DNA of 64,000 nt, from assembly GCA_037310415.1 (NCBI GenBank), contig CP147780.1:2528001-2592000 (forward strand), read 5' to 3'. Under the pieces are notes generated by a model, which was not told where the DNA came from, ran no database searches, and saw only the letters and a program-made list of their open reading frames with translations. The position numbers were made by a program, and so were the translations under genes. Numbering within the stretch: the first letter of the stretch is position 1; each line of letters begins with the position of its first letter. Shown piece by piece: positions 37,309-47,782 of the stretch. This DNA comes from Candidatus Atabeyarchaeum deiterrae (GTDB lineage Archaea; Asgardarchaeota; Atabeyarchaeia; Atabeyarchaeales; Atabeyarchaeaceae).

Positions 37309-38289
37309 TTGCCTTTTTGGGTAATTGCGCATTTCCCGGAGGAGTTGATCCACACGAAAATTGGGGCAACAATCTACAACGTGTCAACCAAAGGCAAATT
37401 TAAAGAATTCATACAAGAGCTCTATGATTATGGATTCAGGATATTCGAATTGTATCTCCCATTCTACAGCGTTGTGAATTCTGATTCAACGATTAACAAG
37501 ACCAAGGTAAATGAAATAAAGGATGTGTTGAGCACATTCAAGACTGAGGAACTCAGTGCCCATGGATATTATGATGACGAGGTCAACGTGATTAGCAATC
37601 CAGCTTCTGTGGATGAAACCACCCGAAAAATGGCTGAGAAGACGCTACTATCAACTCTGGAAATCTGTTCAGAACTTAATGTTCACGTCTTGAACGAGCA
37701 TCCCGGAACTATCTTGCCTGAATTGAAAAAGAGCAACAGTATTAACGTCTCGTTTATGGTTAACAACTATGAGAGACTCGGTAAGCCCAATGCTGTCAAA
37801 GCGGCAGTTCGAACAATCGAGAACTGTGCAAAAGCGGCTGAGGACAATGACGTTTTGATCTGTGTTGAGAACGAGGTCCCACGCGTGGACACGCTTCCTA
37901 TCGCTGATAATCCTCTGGTTATACCGACGATAGTTGATGCAGTTGGCAGCGAATATGTGAGGGCGACTTGCGATGTGGGACATTTGGCTTTATCAGCTTC
38001 TTTCTTCGGGTTCGATTTGCTGACAAGCATAAGGTTACTGAAGCCTTACATTAGACACCTTCACTTACACGACAACAGGCTGATCCCATTTCCAGTCGGA
38101 GGCACTAAGTTGGAGAAAGACCTTGGAGACCTGCATCTTCCACCTGGCAAAGGATTGATAGATTTCAAAGGAGCCATTAAATGCCTAGATGGTGTCGATG
38201 CAGTGTACAACCTTGAAGTCATTCGGTACAAGACATTGGCAGACTTCAAGCTGTCTGCTGACTTCTTGAGAAAACTGCAATCTAGCTGA
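37309..38289 (+). CDS. Sugar phosphate isomerase/epimerase (AP endonuclease 2-type TIM barrel)
   Basis: HPG, CVEN, CDVGH, HLHLHDN, DLHLPPGKG.IDF, LEV; true start probably slightly downstream. Confidence 0.85.
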   Translation: MPFWVIAHFPEELIHTKIGATIYNVSTKGKFKEFIQELYDYGFRIFELYLPFYSVVNSDSTINKTKVNEIKDVLSTFKTEELSAHGYYDDEVNVISNPASVDETTRKMAEKTLLSTLEICSELNVHVLNEHPGTILPELKKSNSINVSFMVNNYERLGKPNAVKAAVRTIENCAKAAEDNDVLICVENEVPRVDTLPIADNPLVIPTIVDAVGSEYVRATCDVGHLALSASFFGFDLLTSIRLLKPYIRHLHLHDNRLIPFPVGGTKLEKDLGDLHLPPGKGLIDFKGAIKCLDGVDAVYNLEVIRYKTLADFKLSADFLRKLQSS

Positions 38290-38337
38290 ACAAGTCGGGC
38301 AGATTCAACTGTCGGTTTGTATAGACATTCTCGGAGC

Positions 38338-38916
38338 TCAGGGAGTAGCTTTGGCTCCCTTCACAAGTCTGTTAACCAGAGCCTCCGTCACTGCCTTGAA
38401 TACCTCGTCGACACGCTCTCCTGTTCTTGCTGAAGTCTCTATGTAAGTTGCGTTTATCGACTTTGCGAAGCGCTCCCCTTCTTCAGCACTTACCTTTCTC
38501 TGAAGGTCAATCTTATTGCCTATCGCGATGAAAAACATGCTACTTGAGGCAAATCTCTTTATATCATCAACCCATTTTCGAGCACCGTTTACAGTTTCGG
38601 GTCTAGTTACGTCAAAGACTACAAACGCAGCCTTAGCCCCACCATAGTATTTCTCTCTGACCCTGCTAAAGATTTCCTGCCCAGCAATATCCCAGATCAG
38701 AAGGGTTACCGCGTAGGTGTCGACAACATAGTCGTTTGAAGTGATGTTGGCACCCAAGGTTGGAATATAATTCTCCTTGAAAGATGACATTACGTGTTTC
38801 GCCACGATGCTTGTCTTACCGACCGCTGGCTCTCCAAGAAACACAACTTTGAAGACGTGTTTTGCCCTGACGATATCTACCACCCTCCAAGCTCGACATT
38901 TAACATAGGTTCTCAT
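38338..38916 (-). CDS. Rab-like small GTPase (Ras superfamily)
   Basis: G1 GEPAVGKTS, G2 PTLG, G3 WDIAGQE, G4 NKID, G5 ETSAR. Confidence 0.93.
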   Translation of the reverse strand: MRTYVKCRAWRVVDIVRAKHVFKVVFLGEPAVGKTSIVAKHVMSSFKENYIPTLGANITSNDYVVDTYAVTLLIWDIAGQEIFSRVREKYYGGAKAAFVVFDVTRPETVNGARKWVDDIKRFASSSMFFIAIGNKIDLQRKVSAEEGERFAKSINATYIETSARTGERVDEVFKAVTEALVNRLVKGAKATP

Positions 38917-39362
38917 TTGCTCCTAATATAGATTATTGCCTAAGCCTAGCTGGAAATTCATTGTGGGAAAGAAACTACTGAGCTTTCTGCCTCCCGCCAT
39001 TTGCCAAGTGACAATGGATCAGTTTGACTAATATGCTTTGAGCTTCAATTCATTCTTTGCGCTCAGTGAATTGGCATATACGCAACTGTGCACACCTGTC
39101 ACGTGTCAATTCGATTTTCCATGATTCAGAATAGACATCAATGCGATGAGTTTCGACTGAATACGTGAGAAATTTCCATATCCAGTTGGCGTTTCTGGCA
39201 ATGAGTATCACTTGAGAACTCCCAATAATGCCTCTAAATCTTTATATCAAAGCTATGCTCACCGTCACTTGCCTCTGGGGCGGAAGGCAAGAGCCAGCAG
39301 CTATGACTTGTCTTGCTGTTATTGAATCCATACTATTCGATCGAATTCTTGAGGTGTTGGTA

Positions 39363-41009
39363 TTGAGCAACTATAGCGGCGAGGAATTGCGAAACCTTCT
39401 TGACACTATTAGGAAACTCTCGACAAGTGAAAACGCGTTGCATCCTTCAAGTAAGGAGCTAAGGAAGAAAGCTGAACAGTACGGAACACTTACCGAGTTC
39501 GGCAACTATCATTTCTCTTCGACTGTCAGAAACAGAAGTGCTGGTCTTACGGTATACGTTGGTGGAGGCAAGATACCGCAGAAAAACCTGAACAAGCAAC
39601 AACAGGAGATCACCAGGAATATCACAAAGACTCTTAGGCTCGTTGACAGGTACCTTCAGCGTGTCCCTCTGTACTACATAGCTCTGACAATGGGGAAGAA
39701 CGACGTATTCACCCCACACTGTGACTTCATTCTTTCCCGTTACAAGTCCGAGTTCGTGCGTCTAGGGTACATGGTCTACCAGACTCTGTTTCCAAGACAG
39801 AAAACTCCAGGCCCACAACTCTACCTCGTCGACCTACCAGAGTGGCAAGAGCAGGACAAACAGATACTTGTATTCCCAGAGGAAGGGCTAACACTCGTCT
39901 TGGGAAGTGACTACTACGGCGAAGTGAAGAAAGGCTTCCTCAGGATGGCCATGTGGAACTCAAAGAAAAGAGGAGGACTCGGACTGCATGCTGGCGCCAA
40001 ATTCATAAGAGCTCGGGACAAAGCGCAGGCAGATAAGATAAGAAAGATCGGTATGGTGATTTTCGGTCTTACGGCCACGGGTAAGACAACCCATACTGTT
40101 CATAATCATGGATTAACTGAGCCAGATGAAGAAGTTAAGATAATTCAGGATGACGTTGTTCTTCTGAACCCAGACGGTTCCGCACTGGGAACTGAGAGAG
40201 GGTTCTACATCAAAACTGAGGGTCTCAAACCTGAAACTCAGCCGCTTCTTTACAGAGCGGCGACCTCAAAAGACACTATTCTTGAGAACATACTTGTTGA
40301 CTACAAAGGGAAGTTGGATTTTGAGGATGAGACTCTGACGGGAAACGGTCGAGGAATTATACAAAGGGACGACTTAGGGCACTTCATGAGTGAGTCACTG
40401 AACCTTCCACCTGCCTCTGAACTTGATAAACTCATCTTGGCTTTCATTACCCGCAGGAACACTGTTCTTCCAATAGCCGCGAAGCTAAGCCCCGAGCAAG
40501 CTGCTGCTACATTCATGCTTGGCGAATCAATTGAGAGTACTGGCGGGGATCCCAAGCGGGCAGGTGAATCCGTTCGGGTTGTTGGGACTAATCCATTCAT
40601 CATAGGCGACGATGCCGATGAAGGAAACTGGATCTTTGATTTCATAAAACGCCACGCTGGAAAGCTTGAGTGTTATCAGCTAAACACTGGCGGCGTTGGA
40701 GAGATTCTTGAAAAGGCGCCTGACGGGTCAAAGATCACTAAACAGAAGGTAACTAGAGTTCAGATACGAGAGATGGGGACGATAATAAAGGGGATCTGCA
40801 AGGAAACAATCGAGTGGATTGAAGAGCCGTATTTCCATTACCTGGTTCCTGAAAAGGTTGAAGGTGTGGACATGAACAGGTTCAGCTTGACGAACTTTTA
40901 CTCTCAAGAACAAATAGAAGGATACGTTCGAATATTGAAAAACGAGAGACTCGAATATATGAAACAGTTTCAAGGATTGAATCCGGCAATCGTCAAAGCA
41001 TTACAGTGA
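39363..41009 (+). CDS. pckA: Phosphoenolpyruvate carboxykinase (ATP)
   Basis: GSDYYGEVKKGFLR, GLHAG, FGLTATGKTT, QDD, TERGFYIKT, NTG; GAGGTG SD before TTG 39363 (ORF open from 39228). Confidence 0.9.
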   Translation: MSNYSGEELRNLLDTIRKLSTSENALHPSSKELRKKAEQYGTLTEFGNYHFSSTVRNRSAGLTVYVGGGKIPQKNLNKQQQEITRNITKTLRLVDRYLQRVPLYYIALTMGKNDVFTPHCDFILSRYKSEFVRLGYMVYQTLFPRQKTPGPQLYLVDLPEWQEQDKQILVFPEEGLTLVLGSDYYGEVKKGFLRMAMWNSKKRGGLGLHAGAKFIRARDKAQADKIRKIGMVIFGLTATGKTTHTVHNHGLTEPDEEVKIIQDDVVLLNPDGSALGTERGFYIKTEGLKPETQPLLYRAATSKDTILENILVDYKGKLDFEDETLTGNGRGIIQRDDLGHFMSESLNLPPASELDKLILAFITRRNTVLPIAAKLSPEQAAATFMLGESIESTGGDPKRAGESVRVVGTNPFIIGDDADEGNWIFDFIKRHAGKLECYQLNTGGVGEILEKAPDGSKITKQKVTRVQIREMGTIIKGICKETIEWIEEPYFHYLVPEKVEGVDMNRFSLTNFYSQEQIEGYVRILKNERLEYMKQFQGLNPAIVKALQ

Positions 41010-41059
41010 ACAAGGTAAAATATGTGGACATAATATAAAGGTGAAGTGGTGCCTTTGCT

Positions 41060-42097
41060 TTGAAGGGTCTGATGAAGTTCGCCCGCGGAGAGGGAAACCT
41101 TGAACTCAGGGAAGTAGATGACCCGAAGTGTGGCGATTGCGAAGTCCTAGTAGAAGTTGAATCAGCGGGAATTTGTGGAACTGACATTCATATCTCTCAT
41201 GATCAGACATTCTACACGCCTCCTGTCATAATTGGGCACGAATATTGTGGGAAGGTCATCGACGTAGGGGAAGGTGTCGAGGGAATCGTTCCTGGTGAAC
41301 GCGTCACAAGTCCTGCAACTGTTCCGTGTGGAGAATGTTATCTCTGCCGAACAAACCACCAGAACAGGTGCATTGGATCAAATAGGAGAATACTCGGCGT
41401 CTCAGGTGCAAACGGAGCTTTTGCAGAACATATGGTTGTCCCAGCGAAGATAATTCACAGGGTTCCGGAGAATGTTACATCTGAGTCTGCATCATTAGCT
41501 GAGCCAATAGCGTGCGTGGTTCATGCAGTAATTGAGCGGGTTGGCATTAATCCTGGCGAAACAGTCGTCATTCAAGGCCCCGGTCCAATGGGCCTGATCT
41601 CGACGGAGATTGCTGGCATTCAGGGCGCAGGACTCATAATTGTAACTGGTACAAGCGCCGATGAAGAACGGCTCAAGATTGCTAACAGGCTTGGGGCCAA
41701 TATCACAGTCAACGTTGAAAAGGAAAACGCTGTCGAACTGGTCAGTGAAATGACTTCCGGCTTGGGCGCAGACGTTGTGCTTGAAGCGTCGGGGGCTCCT
41801 CCGGCGCGTCGACAAGCATTCGAGCTAGTGAGAAGGTGCGGAAAAATAGGCTACATTGGACTGACAGGAAGACCAAGGGAAGAAGCAAACCTCGATAATG
41901 TAATCGAAAAAGAGATCAATCTGATAGGCTCCTGGGGAACTATATGGACAAGCTGGAGGACAACATTAGCTCTCATGGCTTCGGGAAAGATCAATACAGA
42001 ACAGCTTATTTCTCACAAGCTCTCTCTTGTTGAATGGAAGAAGGGGTTCGACTTGATGGACAAGAAAGAAGGCTTGAAGATCCTGCTCAGACCTTAA
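41060..42097 (+). CDS. Zinc-dependent alcohol/polyol dehydrogenase (MDR family)
   Basis: GICGTD, GHEYCG, CGECYLC..C structural Zn site, GPGPMG. Confidence 0.92.
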   Translation: MKGLMKFARGEGNLELREVDDPKCGDCEVLVEVESAGICGTDIHISHDQTFYTPPVIIGHEYCGKVIDVGEGVEGIVPGERVTSPATVPCGECYLCRTNHQNRCIGSNRRILGVSGANGAFAEHMVVPAKIIHRVPENVTSESASLAEPIACVVHAVIERVGINPGETVVIQGPGPMGLISTEIAGIQGAGLIIVTGTSADEERLKIANRLGANITVNVEKENAVELVSEMTSGLGADVVLEASGAPPARRQAFELVRRCGKIGYIGLTGRPREEANLDNVIEKEINLIGSWGTIWTSWRTTLALMASGKINTEQLISHKLSLVEWKKGFDLMDKKEGLKILLRP

Positions 42098-42126
42098 TAC
42101 GAAGGTGTTCCCCTTTGTCGGAGTGC

Positions 42127-43629
42127 ATGTTTCTTGGTGCCGATATTGGAACAGAAGGCACAAGAGCTTCAATCTATGATTCTGAGGGGAAGTTGTGTGC
42201 AAAGGCGGGCATGCCTCTAGCGACCTATAGACCCAGACACAACTGGATAGAGCATGACGCGAGAGAATGGTGGCAGTCAGTATCCCACGCTATCAAGGAG
42301 TGCGTTGGAAAGGTTCAATCCTCAGGGTTAATTAAAGCAGTCTCTGTGTGTGGAACTTCTGGCACGATTGTGCCCATAGGTGACCACGGAGAGCCTCTTA
42401 GAGCAGCTATACTGTACTCGGATACAAGAGCTACTCAACAAGCGGAAGAACTGTCGCGCGACGAAGAGATAATGAGATTGGGAAGGACCCAGAGTTCAAA
42501 GATGGATGCTTCTGGCGGACTTGCCAAGATCTTGTGGATCTCGAGAAATGAGCCTGAGGTTTTCCGCCGCACTAATAAGTTTGTGGCGACAACCGACTAC
42601 GTTGCGCTTAGACTGAGCGGTCAAGTTTATTGTGACTATTTCAACGCTGCTAAAACCAGTCTCAACCTTCTCACCAAGCAATGGCCGAAGGAAACGCTTG
42701 ACAGATTTGGAATACCTCTTCGAATGCTCCCTGATCTGAAGGAACCTGGGTCAGTGATAGGCGAAGTTACTGAAATGGCAGCAAGGGAAACAGGGTTGAA
42801 GCAAGGAACGACGGTTGTTGCAGGGGCGACTGATGGAATTGCAGGGTTCATAGCATCGGGATCCGTGGATCCAGGGCAAGCGTGTGAGGTCACAGGCACT
42901 ACACAAGTCTTTCACGTCACGACGGATAGACTGACACCTGATCCCATGGGCAGAATTTACTACCATGTTCACCCCAAGCAAGGCTACTGGATAGCAGGCG
43001 GGGCATCATCTGGAGGCGGGATCATTCTCAGATGGTTCCACGATGCCCTGTCACCTCAGACAGCGTTCGAGAAACTTGATGAGGAAGCTGAGAATGTAGA
43101 GCCCCTGTCTGGTGGATTGCTCTGTGAGGCAGCCATGACAGGTGAGCGGACGCCAAGGTGGGACCCTTTCGTCTCAGGCATGTTGATTGGACTTACACCA
43201 AGAACGACCGCGGCACACATCTATAGAGGTATGATGGAGGGAGTGGCTTTCCTGCTAAAGGCAATCATCGATGTGTGCAAGGAATTGGGGATCCCAGTCG
43301 AGGAGATACGATCGGCGGGCGGCGGTGCAAAAAGTAGAGTCTGGAGACAAATAAAGGCGGACGTCCTAGGAAAGGAGATAGTTGTCCCGGAAGACACTTC
43401 CTCAACGCTCGGAGTTGCCATGTTAGCCTCGATCGGCACTAGTACTCACCGGGACATCTCTGAAGCAGCAAGAAATATGGTTCACATAGTCGAGGTCACC
43501 AGACCAGATCTATCGAAAACAAGAGTATACGAAGAAGGATTCAACATATCGCAGTCCTGCTACAATGCCCTGAGAGGAGCTGGGATATACGAAAAACTCG
43601 CGAAGCTAAGAGAGAAAGCACAACAATGA
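42127..43629 (+). CDS. FGGY-family carbohydrate kinase (xylulokinase-like)
   Basis: GADIGTEGTR, GTSGT, YSDTRA, GATDG, GERTP, GGGAKS.VW.QIKAD; ATG 42127 preferred over 42034. Confidence 0.92.
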   Translation: MFLGADIGTEGTRASIYDSEGKLCAKAGMPLATYRPRHNWIEHDAREWWQSVSHAIKECVGKVQSSGLIKAVSVCGTSGTIVPIGDHGEPLRAAILYSDTRATQQAEELSRDEEIMRLGRTQSSKMDASGGLAKILWISRNEPEVFRRTNKFVATTDYVALRLSGQVYCDYFNAAKTSLNLLTKQWPKETLDRFGIPLRMLPDLKEPGSVIGEVTEMAARETGLKQGTTVVAGATDGIAGFIASGSVDPGQACEVTGTTQVFHVTTDRLTPDPMGRIYYHVHPKQGYWIAGGASSGGGIILRWFHDALSPQTAFEKLDEEAENVEPLSGGLLCEAAMTGERTPRWDPFVSGMLIGLTPRTTAAHIYRGMMEGVAFLLKAIIDVCKELGIPVEEIRSAGGGAKSRVWRQIKADVLGKEIVVPEDTSSTLGVAMLASIGTSTHRDISEAARNMVHIVEVTRPDLSKTRVYEEGFNISQSCYNALRGAGIYEKLAKLREKAQQ

Positions 43630-43655
43630 AAAGTGGGGTATTGGCGTGTTTAGGG

Positions 43656-43997
43656 TTATTTTCCCCATTTTTCGATTGCTTTCATAACGATGGGAGCAGC
43701 GGCGGTTGCTGGTCCTCCGCCCATGACTATTGCGGCTGCGCATGCTTCCATGATTTCGGCTTTTGTCGCGCCAGCTTCGAGTGCTTGCCTTGTGTGATGG
43801 ATCATGCATGATTCACAGTGAGCATAAATGGAGATCGCGACGCATATGATTTCTTTCATCTTGGCTGGCAGCGCGCCATCCTTATGGACAGTTCCCAGAA
43901 GGTTATTGAAAGCGTCACGAGTTTCAGGAATTTCTTTCCTCATTTTAGCGTAGTAAGTTTCAAAATCTCTAAGGATTTCCTCAACATGTTCTGGCAT
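43656..43997 (-). CDS. Carboxymuconolactone decarboxylase/AhpD family protein
   Basis: GALPAKMKEII.VAIS...CESC..HH..AL.AGAT.AEI. Confidence 0.9.
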   Translation of the reverse strand: MPEHVEEILRDFETYYAKMRKEIPETRDAFNNLLGTVHKDGALPAKMKEIICVAISIYAHCESCMIHHTRQALEAGATKAEIMEACAAAIVMGGGPATAAAPIVMKAIEKWGK

Positions 43998-44115
43998 ACT
44001 TCTGATACACCTCTTCTTTCATAATGTTGAAACTGGTTAGAGTGCTGACGATGTCATCCCTAAAATTCGAACTAGTATAATAAACTGTTTCCTTTCGCTT
44101 TCTCGGTAGCAAGCT

Positions 44116-44949
44116 CTAGCAAATGATTATCTCACTGCGTTTCTCGCGAGCGATCCTATTTGCCAGTCGCTGTTCGCTTTGGAGGAGTGCGCCTTTCTTA
44201 AGACTTATTCCTAATGATTTGATGAAGCCTTTCTTAAGCGCTTCTTTCACCTCGACTAGAGGAACTTTTCGCCCTAGTTCTAGTTCGATACTTGTTACTT
44301 CCCTTCTGATACTTTTCACAAACTGCTTGAGCTTGCTGTCGGTAGGGTAAGGGGGGACGTCGAGAGCTTCTCTCATCTTCACTAGATCCGAGCTGACGAT
44401 AACAGTTCCGTGCACGAAAGCTACTTTTTTCCTTACAACTGCCGCGGTTCCGGATATCTTCTTTCCATTGACTTGGCAGTAAGCCCCTGCTGACACGAAA
44501 CTCACGTCCAAGCCTAGAGTTCTCAGTCCTTCGACCACGCCTCCACACAAGGTCGGAATAATCTCAGATATCGCACTCGGAACGATAGGGCCGCCGCGTC
44601 TCGCCGATAGGGCGTAGTTCAAGTTGCCACGGTCATGGTAGACGGCTCCTCCGCCCGTGAATCTTCTTACGACACTAATTCCTTGCTTTTCGCAGATTTC
44701 TCGATTTACTTCGAGTTCGGGCATCTGGAACTTTCCTATTACGATTGTCGGTTTCGTGTTTTTCCAGAACCTTATTGTGTCGGAGGCCTCCCCTGTGCTG
44801 ACATTCTCCAAGACTGCCTCTTCTACTGCCAAGTTGTGCAAAGGATCGTCCATGTCTAGTTCGAGTAGTCGCCAAGTCTGACTGTCCCGCGGATTATCTT
44901 GGTCCCACTTGCAATGTGTGTGAATACTTTTTGGACTGTCTGTTAACAT
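44116..44949 (-). CDS. Lipoate-protein ligase catalytic-domain paralog
   Basis: NLAVEEA, RRFTGGGAVYHD.GNLNY, GKKISG, HGT; no C-terminal accessory domain. Confidence 0.9.
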   Translation of the reverse strand: MLTDSPKSIHTHCKWDQDNPRDSQTWRLLELDMDDPLHNLAVEEAVLENVSTGEASDTIRFWKNTKPTIVIGKFQMPELEVNREICEKQGISVVRRFTGGGAVYHDRGNLNYALSARRGGPIVPSAISEIIPTLCGGVVEGLRTLGLDVSFVSAGAYCQVNGKKISGTAAVVRKKVAFVHGTVIVSSDLVKMREALDVPPYPTDSKLKQFVKSIRREVTSIELELGRKVPLVEVKEALKKGFIKSLGISLKKGALLQSEQRLANRIAREKRSEIIIC

Positions 44950-45113
44950 CGTGGTCGCCCTAGTTTTTCTATGTGTCCCTCAGATTGAGTGAGTCAAATG
45001 GATAACCGTCTCTCAAAAAGCTGGTCTCGAAGCACGAGTCTGACTTTCCCCTACGACGGAAGATAGATGAGCGCTCAAGCGCTGTGAGAAGCTTTCGAGG
45101 GCAATAGTAGAAC

Positions 45114-46400
45114 TCAGTATCTTAGTGCAAATGGATCTTCCAATATTCCTTTAATTCTCTGGAGGATCTCTGCTGCAGGCGCTCCATCAATGACTCTGTG
45201 GTCGACCGCCAAGGCCAGAGATGCCATTGGCTTCACCACGATCTGCCCTTTGTCGTCTACTGCGGGTTTCTTTGTAATCTTGCCAACAGCAAGTATTCCA
45301 GTTTCAGGTGGGTTTATGATGGGTATGAAAACGTCCACTCCGAACATTCCCAAGCTGGTTACAGTGAACGTTCCTCCCTGCATCTCTTCTGGGGTGAGTT
45401 TTCCTTTGAGAGCTTTGTCTATTAATTGACTAAGAACAGTACTAATCCCAGCTATGGACAACTTGTTTGCGTTGCGAACAACTGGAACGATGAGTCCTTC
45501 TTTTGTCGCTATTGCGACGCCCACGTTGATTTCATCGAGAATTCTTATTGTGTTTTCGTCATCTAGCTTGGAGTTCAAAATGGGGAACTCTTCGAGGACC
45601 TTCGCCACAGCTTTAACAATTATGTCCGTATATGAAACCTTGTTTCCAGCTCTTTTCTCAATCTCAGGCATTAGCCTTTCTCTAAGCTTCACGATTTCGG
45701 TCATATCTGTCTCCATTATGATCGTGATGTGAGGAGCGGTTCTGGCACTTTGGGACATCCGTCTGGCGATTACTCTTCGCGTCGGAGACATGGAGATTAT
45801 TTGCTTCACTTTCCTCGTGTCCATGACTCCAGCAGGTGCCTCGAGTTCGGGTCTTGCAGCAACTGCAGGGATCCTTGGTTGTGAAGGCATCAACACGTCC
45901 CTTGAGATTATTCTTCCCGCTGGACCAGTTCCAGCTAGCAGCCTTATGTCTATGTTCTTCTCTCTTGCGATTCTCCTTGCTGCGGGTGAAGCCTTCACGC
46001 GTCCATATTGATGGATTGCCCCTTGCATCAATGCTCCTGTGGTCGACTGAGTGGTTATCGTGACTGCCGCGGCAATCTGTTGCCCAATGGGTGCCGATAG
46101 CGATGCAGCTGCGGGGGGTGCAGCCTTCGCAACCTGTGCCAAGTAGCCTGAGACGTCTTCATTGGCTTCTCCAATCAATGCTATGACAGTGGATACTGGA
46201 ACTTCAGCCTTTTCGCCGAAGAGGATTCTGAGCATGATTCCTGAAGCGGGGGAATCTAGGTCTACTTCCATTTTTTCTCCGAAGACCTTGACGACTACTT
46301 CCCCTTTTTCAACACTATCCTTCTCTTTCTTGAACCACTTGAGAATTGTCCCTTCCTTCATTCCAAGGCTGAAAGCAGGCAGGATTAACGGCGTAACCAT
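45114..46400 (-). CDS. Dihydrolipoamide acyltransferase (E2) of a 2-oxoacid/acetoin dehydrogenase complex
   Basis: Lipoyl domain (FGEKMEVDLDSPASG), E3-binding KASPAARR...GTGPAGRI, catalytic DHRVIDG. Confidence 0.95.
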   Translation of the reverse strand: MVTPLILPAFSLGMKEGTILKWFKKEKDSVEKGEVVVKVFGEKMEVDLDSPASGIMLRILFGEKAEVPVSTVIALIGEANEDVSGYLAQVAKAAPPAAASLSAPIGQQIAAAVTITTQSTTGALMQGAIHQYGRVKASPAARRIAREKNIDIRLLAGTGPAGRIISRDVLMPSQPRIPAVAARPELEAPAGVMDTRKVKQIISMSPTRRVIARRMSQSARTAPHITIIMETDMTEIVKLRERLMPEIEKRAGNKVSYTDIIVKAVAKVLEEFPILNSKLDDENTIRILDEINVGVAIATKEGLIVPVVRNANKLSIAGISTVLSQLIDKALKGKLTPEEMQGGTFTVTSLGMFGVDVFIPIINPPETGILAVGKITKKPAVDDKGQIVVKPMASLALAVDHRVIDGAPAAEILQRIKGILEDPFALRY

Positions 46401-46659
46401 AGTCTTCAGATCTCCGTGGAGCTTCTTTCAGCTAAGCAGATAATTGTTAATCTATTAAAAGACTAACTGTACTGTTCTCTTGCACGGAATAATAGTGAGG
46501 TAATGAAGCTCATAGATTTCTCTCTCGGTTATTCTGAAGTCGCGGGACTCTAACCGCGTGTTTAGCCCTAGTGTAATGGCTTAAATTAGCATTTCGCTCA
46601 AATATAAGAGTGGTATTCTCTCACAGATGAGTAATCGCTTTCGAAGGTGTCTTTACCGC

Positions 46660-47583
46660 ATGGGGAACGTAGTTGTTGCGCTGGGTGACATCAACATAGA
46701 TATCTGTATGATTGGCAGCGGCAGACCCGAAGTGGGACGCGAGACTCTCGCCAAGGACATGGTGGTTTCGCCGGCTGGCTCAACAGGATACTTCGCTTTT
46801 GCTATTGCTAGACTGGGAGAAGAGTGCCGATTTGTTGGTCGCCTCGGAGGAGACTACTTCGGCAAAATGATTCTTGACAAGATGAAGTCATTTGGGATTC
46901 AGACTGGCTACATCAAAGTCGACCCAGATGCTGCAACAGGGGTCACGGTCTCGGTAGTCATGGACAATGGTGAGAGAGTTCTGGTATCTTATCTTGGTCC
47001 AACAGAATTGCTGAGTATTGGCGACGTTGATGAAAGGGCGTTGAAGGGAGCTAGACATCTTCACATGGGTGCTTTCCCGCTTCTGAAGTCTCTTCAAAGG
47101 TCAGTTCCAGAGATCTTCATGAAAGTCAAGAAGATGGGCATGTCGACATCGTTGGACACAGGATGGGATCCAACAGGCCGCTGGGATGTGGACGAGACTC
47201 TTCAATGGGTCGACGTTTTCTTGCCCAACGAAGAGGAAACCATTGCCATGACAGGTGGGAAGAGGATTACTGAAGGCGTCGAGGTACTATTGGCCAAGGG
47301 TCCTAGCGTGGTCGTCGTCAAACGTGGTGCCCATGGATGTACAGTCGCCACACGAGAGCGAAGTGTTGACATCCCTGCTTTCAAGGTCAAACCTGTGGAC
47401 ACCACGGGGGCGGGGGATGTGTTTAATGCTGGTTTCGTATATGCCTACCTAAGAGGAAAACCTCTGCCGGAATGCGCAAAGTATGGGAATGCGGCAGGCG
47501 CTCTGAAAACCCTGAGATCAGGTTGTGATGCAATTCCAGATCTCAAGTCAGTGGAATCACTAATTCTCACAGGAAGAGTCTGA
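46660..47583 (+). CDS. PfkB/ribokinase-family carbohydrate kinase
   Basis: GDINID, PNEEE, VKRGAHG, VDTTGAGDVFNAGF; ORF open from 46627. Confidence 0.93.
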   Translation: MGNVVVALGDINIDICMIGSGRPEVGRETLAKDMVVSPAGSTGYFAFAIARLGEECRFVGRLGGDYFGKMILDKMKSFGIQTGYIKVDPDAATGVTVSVVMDNGERVLVSYLGPTELLSIGDVDERALKGARHLHMGAFPLLKSLQRSVPEIFMKVKKMGMSTSLDTGWDPTGRWDVDETLQWVDVFLPNEEETIAMTGGKRITEGVEVLLAKGPSVVVVKRGAHGCTVATRERSVDIPAFKVKPVDTTGAGDVFNAGFVYAYLRGKPLPECAKYGNAAGALKTLRSGCDAIPDLKSVESLILTGRV

Positions 47584-47782
47584 ACGAACAGAAAAGTCAG
47601 GATATCTGCATTTGTAACGCTTCGAAAAACTCTCCCGAAAATCGTAATAGAGGGGAGAGATAATCATTCAAGTAGTGACGACAAAGTATTTCAGTGACTA
47701 GCATAGATCAAGTGTGCAGCATCTGGATGAAAACCAATGATTCAGGACTGTCACTTTTGCCCGGACAACCTCTATTCAGTAA

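Noticed and set aside
46540-46558. CGCGG-N8-CCGCG inverted repeat between the E2 and PfkB genes
   Set aside because: Only 5 bp; compatible with chance, no second copy seen
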